Of a DNA stretch of 41,715 nucleotides, positions 26,491-34,703 are shown one piece after another. Numbering within the stretch: the first letter of the stretch is position 1; each line of letters opens with the position of its first letter. Below the pieces are notes generated by a model. The model saw only the letters and a list, made by a program, of their open reading frames with translations. It did no database searches and was not told where the DNA came from. Made by a program: the position numbers and the translations under genes. This DNA is from Verrucomicrobiota bacterium. Its GTDB lineage: Bacteria > Verrucomicrobiota > Verrucomicrobiia > Chthoniobacterales > JAFAMB01. The stretch covers positions 1-41,715 of the forward strand of contig JAFAMB010000069.1 of the NCBI GenBank assembly GCA_019233825.1, read 5' to 3'.

Positions 26491-27963
26491 ATGGCAAAAG
26501 GTTCTCAAGGTTTAGCGAAACCTGCTGAGAACCCCTTAAGCGCCGAGGGGACAGGCACCGGGACACGAAGATCGAGTTATTCACAAGATCTTCACAGCCC
26601 ACCCGCAGGGAAAGAGGTGCCTCGATCCCTTCCGTTCAGCGAAGACGGTGAAAAGGGTGTCCTCTGTTCTCTGTTGTTGTCTCCCCGAGAGGTCGCTGAC
26701 ATCTGTGTTCTGCGCCTGCGCCCGGAAGCGTTCTACATCCCGGCCCATCAGATTATCTACGGTCTGATCCTCGAATTTGGTGATAAGAGTAAGCCGATCG
26801 ATTTCGTCTCACTGAAGCAGGCTCTGAAGGATCGGAATCAACTTGAAGAAATCGGTGGACCGGAATACCTCAGCAGCCTTTACAACTTTGTTCCCACGGC
26901 AGCAAACGCCGGTTACTACATTGATATTGTCCGCGAGAAGTACGTCTTGCGCCGACTCATCGTCACGTGCAACAAGCTTTCTTCTCAATGCTACGATCAG
27001 CAGAGTGAAATCGAGCCGCTGCTGGATGACGTCGAAAGGGAGATCTTTGCAATCACTGGGGAACAGGTCAAAACCGAGATTGTTCCGACCAAAGATCTGG
27101 TCATGGAGGCGATCGAACAGATCGAAAAGTTGTATGAGAATCGCGGTTCGGTGACCGGCCTGTCGACTGGATTTATTGAGTTGGACCGGATGACCAGCGG
27201 GCTGCATGCGGCTGAGATGATCGTCATCGCGGCACGGCCAAGCATGGGAAAGACCGCGTTGGCCATGAATATCGCGGAGCACGTGTCGATGGACGTCGGC
27301 AAGGCCGTTGCGGTGTTCAGCCTCGAGATGAGCAGCCAACAGCTCGTGGTGAGACTTCTCTGCTCGCGAGCTAAAGTAGATCTCCAGCATGTCAGAAATG
27401 GGTTTCTGTCAGAGCGAGACTTTCCAAAACTCACCTCCGCAGCCTCAGAACTCGCGGCCGCAAAAATGTTTATCGACGACACGCCGGGTCTAACCGTTAC
27501 GGAACTGCGTGCCAAGTCTCGGCGCATGAAATCGCAACACGATATACAGCTCATTGTAATCGACTACCTCCAACTGCTTCGCTCGATGAGTCGAAGGGCC
27601 CAGGACAACCGTCAGTTGGAAATCTCGGAGATCTCAGGCGGAATCAAGGCGCTCGCCAAGGAGCTGAATCTGCCCATCATTGTCATCGCCCAATTGAACC
27701 GCCAGCCAGACACGCGCGGACAAGGCGGGCGTCCTCGTTTGAGTGATTTGCGCGAGTCCGGCTCGATCGAACAAGATGCTGATTTGGTCGGCCTCCTTGT
27801 GAGACCCGAATACTACGAGACGGATGAGGAAACCAAGCAAGAAAAGGCGGGCGAGGCAGAGCTCATCATTGCCAAGCAGCGGAATGGTCCCACTGGAGAT
27901 ATTCCGTTGACGTTTTTGAAGAAATACACTCGATTCGAAAGTCGCACCCGCGACCAGCCATGA
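26491..27963 (+). CDS. dnaB: Replicative DNA helicase DnaB
   Basis: The 490-aa ORF has a Walker A motif (ARPSMGKTALAMN) and carries SLEMS, VIDYLQL, AQLNR and SGSIEQDAD. Confidence 0.95.
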   Translation: MAKGSQGLAKPAENPLSAEGTGTGTRRSSYSQDLHSPPAGKEVPRSLPFSEDGEKGVLCSLLLSPREVADICVLRLRPEAFYIPAHQIIYGLILEFGDKSKPIDFVSLKQALKDRNQLEEIGGPEYLSSLYNFVPTAANAGYYIDIVREKYVLRRLIVTCNKLSSQCYDQQSEIEPLLDDVEREIFAITGEQVKTEIVPTKDLVMEAIEQIEKLYENRGSVTGLSTGFIELDRMTSGLHAAEMIVIAARPSMGKTALAMNIAEHVSMDVGKAVAVFSLEMSSQQLVVRLLCSRAKVDLQHVRNGFLSERDFPKLTSAASELAAAKMFIDDTPGLTVTELRAKSRRMKSQHDIQLIVIDYLQLLRSMSRRAQDNRQLEISEISGGIKALAKELNLPIIVIAQLNRQPDTRGQGGRPRLSDLRESGSIEQDADLVGLLVRPEYYETDEETKQEKAGEAELIIAKQRNGPTGDIPLTFLKKYTRFESRTRDQP

Positions 27964-27999
27964 TAGGTCACATAAGTCTCATAGGTCACATAAGTCTCA
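27964..27999. repeat. Two perfect tandem 18-mers (TAGGTCACATAAGTCTCA) directly after the dnaB stop
   Basis: 27964-27981 and 27982-27999 are identical. A related ATAGGTC-type low-complexity tract lies at 23186-23215. Confidence 0.9.
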
Positions 28000-28000
28000 G

Positions 28001-28057
28001 CTATAGCGCCCCTGCTGGCCCGACGTAGCGAGGGGCAACAGGGGCGGAGTCGGGAGC
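28001..28057. repeat. 58-bp interspersed element, copy in minus orientation
   Basis: The reverse complement of 28001-28057 aligns with 39044-39101. My manual alignment finds 3 substitutions and one 1-nt indel. Confidence 0.88.
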
Positions 28058-28100
28058 ATAGCTCTCCAGCGACGCCGCCACGACGGCGGCCTGCATGTTC

Positions 28101-28130
28101 CTGCAAAAAGTTCACCTTGTATTTTTGCAG
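28101..28130 (+). other. AT-rich stem-loop (9-bp perfect stem)
   Basis: ctgcaaaaa (28101-28109) pairs with tttttgcag (28122-28130) around a 12-nt loop. Confidence 0.6.
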
Positions 28131-28134
28131 TAGC

Positions 28135-28156
28135 CGACCACAATATCTTGTGGTCG
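28135..28156 (+). promoter_or_regulatory. Candidate NrdR box or hairpin 22 nt upstream of nrdR
   Basis: The palindrome pairs cgaccaca with tgtggtcg. Its core CCACAATATCTTGTGG (28138-28153) matches the NrdR-box consensus acaCwAtATaTwGtgt, as I recall it, at 13 of 16 positions. TTT follows, so it could also act as a dnaB terminator. Confidence 0.45.
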
Positions 28157-28177
28157 TTTCTCGGACCTCACTCTATC

Positions 28178-28669
28178 ATGCGATGCCCAAAATGCGGTAA
28201 CCTTGAGGACAAGGTGATCGATTCCCGCTCAGCGAAAGCCGGGGCGGCGATTCGGCGACGTCGCGAATGCTTGGCATGCCAACATCGCTTTACTACTTAT
28301 GAAGAAATCGAGCGTCGCGATTTGCGGGTCGTCAAAAGAGATGGCCGCCACGAGCCATTCGACCGGCAGAAGCTTTTGAGCGGAATGATTAAGGCGTGCG
28401 AGAAACGACCAGTCAGTTACGATGCTCTTGAGCGCGCGGTCGAAGAAATCATTCAGGAGCTTGAGCAATCGTTCGATCATGAGGTCCCCACGAGCGCTAT
28501 AGGCATTCGTGTTATGGAGCGGCTCCATTCGATGGACGATGTGGCCTACATCCGGTACGCATCCGTCTACCGCCAATTTCAAGACATTGGGGAGTTTATT
28601 AATGAGATCGAGTCACTCGGTCGCAAAATCAAACGCAACGCCCTTCAACCGGATCTGTTTGCCCCGTGA
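28178..28669 (+). CDS. nrdR: Transcriptional repressor NrdR
   Basis: The ATG at 28178 gives MRCPKCGNLEDKVIDSR...RRRECLACQHRFTTYE (zinc ribbon), followed by an ATP-cone domain. Confidence 0.95.
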   Translation: MRCPKCGNLEDKVIDSRSAKAGAAIRRRRECLACQHRFTTYEEIERRDLRVVKRDGRHEPFDRQKLLSGMIKACEKRPVSYDALERAVEEIIQELEQSFDHEVPTSAIGIRVMERLHSMDDVAYIRYASVYRQFQDIGEFINEIESLGRKIKRNALQPDLFAP

Positions 28670-29226
28670 TCGCGCTACGCGATTCCTTACCTCTCCTTCG
28701 GCACAATGAGAATGGAGACTCATTGGTTCGACACGATTGGCTCTGTTTTTGCCTTTGTCGGGCCGCGGGTAAGGCCGGGTACAGCCATTGGTGGCTGGCA
28801 GAACATGTCGCCGCAAGTGTGATGTGCTACCTGGCAACAACGTACGAAAAGAACGTTATCACGTTGCCGCAGCTACGCGACGTGGTTTTGTCCGTCCTGC
28901 AGGTCATCGGGTATGCTGAAGTCGCGTTGTGTCTGGAGGCGCTGCATCCACCGTTCGAACTTTCGCTGAGTGCATTAGCTCAAGAAGCCGGGCCGGGTTA
29001 CGAATTAGCTTTTTTCCGGCTCCTGAAAGAGCGCATCCAGCCGGCACTTTCTGATCAAGCCTCAAATCTAGATATTTACGGACTCCGATCCTGTGTCCGG
29101 CATTTGCAAGCAGCAAAGACCTGGAACCGCAGCTGTTCTCAGTTGCGAAACGAAATCGTAGACTTCCTTCGCGCACAACTGGAAGGGGCTAACCTGAAAA
29201 CCGATCTTCTACTTACTATCAGATGA
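28666..29226 (+). CDS. Hypothetical protein, no family recognised
   Basis: This is a 186-aa ORF. Its GTG start overlaps the nrdR stop (GTGA), and its stop overlaps the hinT start (ATGA). That places it in a translationally coupled nrdR-orf-hinT unit. No in-frame ATG occurs until codon 53. Confidence 0.5.
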   Translation: MIALRDSLPLLRHNENGDSLVRHDWLCFCLCRAAGKAGYSHWWLAEHVAASVMCYLATTYEKNVITLPQLRDVVLSVLQVIGYAEVALCLEALHPPFELSLSALAQEAGPGYELAFFRLLKERIQPALSDQASNLDIYGLRSCVRHLQAAKTWNRSCSQLRNEIVDFLRAQLEGANLKTDLLLTIR

Positions 29227-29561
29227 CACTGTTCGAAAAAATCGTGGCTCGCCAAATTCCTGCAAACATTATACAGGAGGATGACGACTTTATCGTTTTC
29301 CATGACATCAATCCCCAAGCGCCAGTTCATGTTCTGGTGGTTCCAAAAAGACCTATTCCGCGGCTCAGTCACGCCAAAGAAGAAGACGCAAAACTACTGG
29401 GCCAACTCCTTTTGAAAGCTCGGGAAATAGCCAAATCGCTCGGAATCGCGGATTCCGGATTTCGAGTCGTGATCAATAGCGGACCCGACGCAGGACAACA
29501 GGTGCCCCATTTGCACCTTCACCTTCTGGGAGGACGCCCATTAGCCTGGCCGCCGGGTTAG
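29223..29561 (+). CDS. hinT: Histidine triad nucleotide-binding protein (HinT/HIT family)
   Basis: The 112-aa ORF carries FHDINPQAPVHVLVVPK and the histidine triad VPHLHLHLLGG. Confidence 0.92.
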   Translation: MTLFEKIVARQIPANIIQEDDDFIVFHDINPQAPVHVLVVPKRPIPRLSHAKEEDAKLLGQLLLKAREIAKSLGIADSGFRVVINSGPDAGQQVPHLHLHLLGGRPLAWPPG

Positions 29562-29796
29562 AAAACTCCTAGCCCGCAAAGGATTTTGCCCCACTAATGT
29601 CGTTTAGGCGAAGCTCCCATTCCCCTTGAAACAAGGGCGGATAACCGCTGACGTGAACGCTGACTTCCAATCAAGGCCTGTCATTGTCACACGCGCAGCC
29701 TAGTCTCCTGGGATTGGTATTATCGGGTCTGGGGCATTAGCCTTGAATCCCGAACACCGCAGGGCAAATTCCAAAATCGTTGCAGGTCCCAAAGAA

Positions 29797-32148
29797 CTAT
29801 TCGCGTAGCGTCACACCCAAACGCTCCACGAGTTGCGACTTCAAGCGACTATGTGCCGCGTTCGCTTCTTCCTGTGTCAAAGTTCGGTTGCTTGCTCTAT
29901 ATGTCAAACTGCAGGCCATCGATTTCTTGTTTGCCGGCACCTTTTGCCCAGTTGGATCCACAAAAAGGTCGAATAACCGAACATCGGCTAGCAGCGGCTC
30001 TTGGGCGGACGTAAAGGCATCAAGCACCGCCTGGTATTTCAATTCTCGGTCCGCAAAAAATGCAACATCTCGTGTCACCGCCGGAAATCGGTCCAGCGCT
30101 TTGTACCTGAGCGTTTTTGGGGTCCCACCCATCCGCAGCGTCAGTTCCGCAACCAGGATAGCACCGCGCGCTCCAATCTCTTTCGCCAACCCGGGCCGCA
30201 CCTGGCCCATCCTGCCCAGTATCTGTCCATCTCCATCAGTAACATTGCAAACCAGCGGAGCGAAGCTGGTTGCCTGCGCCCTTGTCAAGACAAGCTCTTT
30301 GCGCAAAGCCGTTTTCAGGATGCCCTTCAAGTCGAACAGATCAAAGGCGGCGGCATCCTGATTCCAGCTTTTGCTTTGGCGTTCTCCGGACAGCAGAACC
30401 GAAAGGCACAACAATTCCTCCGCTGCGGCGACTCGGAAAACGCGGCCGATTTCGAAGATTGCCACGCTGTTCAAACCGCGGTTGAAGTTGCGTTCGGCTG
30501 CTTTAATCAGGCCCGGTATCAATGAAGGCCTCAGTATTCTCTGATCTTCGACCAGCGGATTACGCAATCTCAAAGTGTCCGGCCTGGGCTCGATGAGGAA
30601 ATCCAGACTCCGCTCATCCACTAACGCAAGGCTTCGCGCCTCGAAAAGCCCCAAACCCACTAATCGCTGGCGCAGTTGCATCAGGTCGTCGTGAACACGA
30701 TCGGCAGCTGATTTGCGGGTCGGTATGCCAAAGACACGCGACGGGATTTTTTGGATTCCGGCCATCCGGCAGACCTCTTCGATGAGGTCTTCCTCCCGGA
30801 TCAGGTCTTGCCTGTAACTCGGCACCTCCCAGCGGTTTTCACCCGCATGTTTGAGTCCCAGCCGGATCAGCAGTCTGGCTGAATCAGGGACCTCCATACC
30901 CAAGATCTTAGTGCAACGTTCGGGACGCATCTCGACTAGGCCGGTCAAATCCGGGACGGACCCGGCAATCACGATGCTCTCGTCAGCCTTACCACCGGCG
31001 ACCTCCAAAAGCAGGTCGGTTGCGCGGGCGGAAGCGAACAACACCGCCTGCGGATCCACGCCCCGCTCAAATCGAAAACTGGAGTCCGAGATCAGCCCTA
31101 GCCGGCGACTGGTCCGGCGGATGAAGCCCGGATTGAAGTATGCGGCCTCCAGAAGCATGTCGGTGGTCGTCGCACTGACACCGCTCTGCTCGCCTCCCAT
31201 TACGCCGCCAATAGCCAGCGCTCTCTCGTGATCAGCAATCACGACATCCTCCAACCCAAGTTCGTAATCTTTCCCATCTAACGCCAGCAGCTTCTCGGCT
31301 GGATTGGCTCTCCGCACAACGATGCCTCCTCTGATTTTCGCGACATCAAATGCATGAAGTGGCTGGCCCAGCTCCAAGAGCACGTAGTTCGTCACGTCGA
31401 CCACATTGTTGATCGACCGCAATCCAGCCGCCTCCAATTTTTCCCGGAGCCATCCCGGGCTCGGTCCAACCCGAATACCACGGATCAATCGCGCGGAGTA
31501 AAACGGGCAACCCTCCGGCGCCTCCAGCCGAACCGAGCTGGGATCCTCGCAAGAGCGCTCGGGTCCGGCGACGATTTGCGGCAACTTCGGCGCAGGAAGA
31601 TCAAGCAGCGCAGCCAGTTCCCGCGCGATTCCAAAATGACTTAATAAGTCAGGTCGATTCGGCGTGACTTCCACCTCGACGATGGTGTCTGGCGAAAAAA
31701 TATCGGATAACGGGCCACCGATCGGTGCATCGCCAGGCAAAATCAGCAAGCCGGCGGCGTCGTCAGCAAGATTGAGTTCCCTGGGACTGCAAAGCATCCC
31801 TTCGGATTCGATGCCTCGCAGCTTGCTGGCTTTAATTTTAACGCCGCCCGGAAGTACTGCGCCCGGTAACGCCAATGCCACTTTATCTCCAGCCCGAAAG
31901 TTTTTCGCGCCACAAACGATTTGTCTCGGCAGACCGGACCCGTCATTTATGCGGCAGACAATCAGGCGATCGGCATTGGGATGTGGCTCGAACGCGTCAA
32001 CTTGGGCCACGATTACTTTGTCCAGTTCTGCACCCCGCTGTTCAACACCTTCGACCTCGACTCCAGCAAATGTCAGGGCTTCGACTATCTCCGCGATCGA
32101 GTGCCTAACGGCCAAAAATTCCTTCAGCCAATTCAGAGACAATTTCAT
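29797..32148 (-). CDS. pheT: Phenylalanine--tRNA ligase beta subunit
   Basis: The 783-aa ORF begins MKLSLNWLKEF. It has a tRNA-binding domain, B3/B4 and B5 domains, and a C-terminal FDX-ACB-like domain. It overlaps pheS by 4 nt. Confidence 0.95.
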   Translation of the reverse strand: MKLSLNWLKEFLAVRHSIAEIVEALTFAGVEVEGVEQRGAELDKVIVAQVDAFEPHPNADRLIVCRINDGSGLPRQIVCGAKNFRAGDKVALALPGAVLPGGVKIKASKLRGIESEGMLCSPRELNLADDAAGLLILPGDAPIGGPLSDIFSPDTIVEVEVTPNRPDLLSHFGIARELAALLDLPAPKLPQIVAGPERSCEDPSSVRLEAPEGCPFYSARLIRGIRVGPSPGWLREKLEAAGLRSINNVVDVTNYVLLELGQPLHAFDVAKIRGGIVVRRANPAEKLLALDGKDYELGLEDVVIADHERALAIGGVMGGEQSGVSATTTDMLLEAAYFNPGFIRRTSRRLGLISDSSFRFERGVDPQAVLFASARATDLLLEVAGGKADESIVIAGSVPDLTGLVEMRPERCTKILGMEVPDSARLLIRLGLKHAGENRWEVPSYRQDLIREEDLIEEVCRMAGIQKIPSRVFGIPTRKSAADRVHDDLMQLRQRLVGLGLFEARSLALVDERSLDFLIEPRPDTLRLRNPLVEDQRILRPSLIPGLIKAAERNFNRGLNSVAIFEIGRVFRVAAAEELLCLSVLLSGERQSKSWNQDAAAFDLFDLKGILKTALRKELVLTRAQATSFAPLVCNVTDGDGQILGRMGQVRPGLAKEIGARGAILVAELTLRMGGTPKTLRYKALDRFPAVTRDVAFFADRELKYQAVLDAFTSAQEPLLADVRLFDLFVDPTGQKVPANKKSMACSLTYRASNRTLTQEEANAAHSRLKSQLVERLGVTLRE

Positions 32149-33161
32149 GTCGCAAACTGGGCTAAAAATCGTTGGTCATTCTCGATCAGGAGACGAATAT
32201 CAGGCAAAGCGAACAAGGACATCGCCAAGCGCTCGAGCCCCATTCCAAAAGCGAATCCGGTCCAGTGCTCGGGGTCATAAGCATTGTCACCACGTCTTGC
32301 GTTGACCGCTTCGAACACGGCAGGGTGGACCATTCCGCACCCCAAGAGTTCCATCCATTTGCCCTCCTGAATCCCGGGTAGTCGGATATCAAGTTCAAAG
32401 CTTGGCTCGGTGAAAGGAAAAAAATGCGGCCGCAGCCGGGTTTCCACTTCCTGGCCTAGCAACTCCCGAACGAAATATTCCAAAGTTCCTTTGAGGTCGG
32501 CGACACTGACATTGCGATCGACGTATAACCCCTCTAGTTGATTAAACTGGTTCAGGTGGGTGGCATCGGTCTCGTCCCGGCGGTAAGACGCTCCGGGTCC
32601 GATCACCCGCACGGGAGGTTCATTCGCAACCATCGTCCGGATCTGAACGGTCGACGTATGTGTGCGCAACAGTCTCCCGTCGGGGAGATAAAATGTATCC
32701 GAATCGTTGCGGGCCGGATGATTCGCCGGAGTGTTTAGCGCGTCAAAACAATGCCATTCAGTTTCAATGTCAGGACCGTCGGCCAGCGCAAATCCCAGCC
32801 GGCGCATAATCTGCACAGCCTGATCCTGAAGGAGCGTCAATGGATGCATGCCCCCGGCCCGGAATGGCGTCCCCGGGAGCGTCTCGTCCACCCCGCTCAA
32901 ATTCTGCGCCTCCCCCTCGGCAGCGAGAGCCTCGAGCCGGCTGTCCAGGGCAACGGTGACAGCGTTGCGGATCTCATTCAACAGTTTGCCGATGCGCGGG
33001 CGATCCTCCTTAGGCACGTTGCGCATATTTTCACTCAATCGTGAAACTGCACCCGCTTTCCCCAGGTATTTCACCCGAAGATTCTCAAGCTCGATTTTGC
33101 TGTCTGCCCGTTGGATTTCAGCAAGCGCAGCTGCCTGCAATCTTTGAAGATCGTCGTTCAT
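32145..33161 (-). CDS. pheS: Phenylalanine--tRNA ligase alpha subunit
   Basis: The 338-aa ORF carries class II motifs, including GFAFGMGLERLAM. Confidence 0.95.
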   Translation of the reverse strand: MNDDLQRLQAAALAEIQRADSKIELENLRVKYLGKAGAVSRLSENMRNVPKEDRPRIGKLLNEIRNAVTVALDSRLEALAAEGEAQNLSGVDETLPGTPFRAGGMHPLTLLQDQAVQIMRRLGFALADGPDIETEWHCFDALNTPANHPARNDSDTFYLPDGRLLRTHTSTVQIRTMVANEPPVRVIGPGASYRRDETDATHLNQFNQLEGLYVDRNVSVADLKGTLEYFVRELLGQEVETRLRPHFFPFTEPSFELDIRLPGIQEGKWMELLGCGMVHPAVFEAVNARRGDNAYDPEHWTGFAFGMGLERLAMSLFALPDIRLLIENDQRFLAQFAT

Positions 33162-33207
33162 GAGAAGCTAACGAGGCTGCTCTGAGAGTGGGAGGTTTTG
33201 ATAAGAG

Positions 33208-33609
33208 TCAGCGCCCGGAAATGGCTTCGACCCGTTCCACGGCCCTGTTCTTCTGCTCCAATGCCGCAACGGCCCTGTCCAAAATAGCCTTGAATGCCGT
33301 CTCATCACTGGTGGCAAGGTCAGACAATACCTTGCGATCAAGCTCAATTTTGGCCGCCGCTAAACCTTCCATAAAACGGCTGTAGGTCGTGCCAAATTGG
33401 CGGCAAGCCGCATTGATTCGCTGAATCCAAAGGTTGCGAAAATTGCGCTTCCGGGTTTTTCGGTCGCGGTACGCCCAGTATTGTGCCTTCATCGTGGCGT
33501 CTTTGGCATAACGGAAAAGCTTGGATCGACGCCCGCGATACCCCTTCGCTTTGTTGAGAACTCTTTTACGGCGCTCTCTGCTCGCGCGCGCGTTAGTTGC
33601 TCTTGGCAT
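33208..33609 (-). CDS. rplT: 50S ribosomal protein L20
   Basis: The ORF begins [38 protein letters not shown]. It has a short C-terminal extension. Confidence 0.93.
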   Translation of the reverse strand: MPRATNARASRERRKRVLNKAKGYRGRRSKLFRYAKDATMKAQYWAYRDRKTRKRNFRNLWIQRINAACRQFGTTYSRFMEGLAAAKIELDRKVLSDLATSDETAFKAILDRAVAALEQKNRAVERVEAISGR

Positions 33610-33736
33610 GTTTCTTATCCGACGACCGCCGGACCCTCACGCGCAGGTTGTTGTTTTTCACATTCGTCCCCCGACCTCACCTGTCGCCTCAGTCCCGAAA
33701 CGTTCCGGAACAGGTGGAGAACGATCTGCCGATTTC

Positions 33737-33946
33737 TCAGTTGAATGGCAGGTTCGCCTTAATCCGCTTCTCGTCAGTTTTATCCAGCACAGCGGCCTTG
33801 GCGAGTTGACGCTTGCGTTTCGCGTTTTTCGACGAAAGCTGGTGCTGGCGGCTTGCCTGGCCACGTAGTACCTTGCCGGTGGCCGTGATCTTGAAGCGTT
33901 TCGCCACCGCTTTCTTCGTCTTACGTCTCGCTATCGGTTTTGGCAT
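33737..33946 (-). CDS. rpmI: 50S ribosomal protein L35
   Basis: This lies in track ORF 33737..34099. The internal ATG at 33946 gives a 69-aa protein beginning MPKPIARRKTKKAVAKRFKITATGKVLRGQA. Confidence 0.9.
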   Translation of the reverse strand: MPKPIARRKTKKAVAKRFKITATGKVLRGQASRQHQLSSKNAKRKRQLAKAAVLDKTDEKRIKANLPFN

Positions 33947-34037
33947 AAGGAGCCCGCAATCTATCTCCAAGATCCGAGTTAGCAACTGGAATCTACGTAA
34001 GCAAAGCCTCCAACTTTCTCTAACGCACACTCCTCTC

Positions 34038-34664
34038 TCAAGACTGAAGTCTGAACGTGCACCGGTATAGCCCGGATGCTCTCTCTTCTTCTCGTTCAAC
34101 GCGCACCCCCAGGGCTCGTTCGAACATATCGCGTTCCAGACGCCTGATGAGCGGAAAGGCGTCCACCAAATCCAAAATCGGCGAGTGATGTTCTACCAGC
34201 ACGATCGGTTCACGGCTGGAAACTTCGGACATATAGCCTTCGTGATCGCGAATTCTTGCGAGCATTTCAGCCAGTTCCAAAACGGTCTGCCCGCTCAGTC
34301 TCCGCATGTATTCGTCGGCCTTTGCCGTGAACACTGAATACAAAAGCTTTTCCGCAGCTGCATGACCATAGAGTCTGTTCGCGGCATTCAGGATTTCGAT
34401 GGTAGCGCCATTGCTGGCGGCTGGAAAAAAAGTGCGCGCCTTCGGAGTCAGCCTATAGATCATCTCCGGGCGCCCAACAGGCTTTGGGCGCCGCCAAGTG
34501 TCAACGTACCCTTGCCGCTCAAGTTCCTCACAGTGCTGCTTGACGCCCATGTAACTGAGCTTCAGCCGCTGCCCGAGCTCGTTCACAGAGAGCCCCTGAG
34601 TTTTCTTAAGGGCCTCAACAATTCGCATCCTCTGTGAGCGGCCAACTTCACTTATTCGCTTCAT
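34038..34664 (-). CDS. Winged-helix transcriptional regulator (ArsR/SufR-like)
   Basis: The 208-aa ORF has an N-terminal wHTH (IVEALKKTQGLSVNELGQRLKLSYMGVKQHCEELERQGYV...VGRPEMIYRLTPKA). I do not recognise the C-terminal domain. Confidence 0.7.
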   Translation of the reverse strand: MKRISEVGRSQRMRIVEALKKTQGLSVNELGQRLKLSYMGVKQHCEELERQGYVDTWRRPKPVGRPEMIYRLTPKARTFFPAASNGATIEILNAANRLYGHAAAEKLLYSVFTAKADEYMRRLSGQTVLELAEMLARIRDHEGYMSEVSSREPIVLVEHHSPILDLVDAFPLIRRLERDMFERALGVRVEREEERASGLYRCTFRLQS

Positions 34665-34703
34665 CGGATTTCGTTATGAAAAAGGATGGCCCGACCTGGT
34701 AGT

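Noticed and set aside
29562-29796. A tRNA or other classical RNA gene in the larger ORF-free gaps (29562-29796, 10274-10475, 14817-15165, 36349-36488).
   Set aside because: By eye I could find no acceptor-stem/T-arm (GTTCRAATC-type) arrangement and no rRNA, tmRNA or RNase P signatures. This is only a manual scan and does not exclude novel small RNAs.
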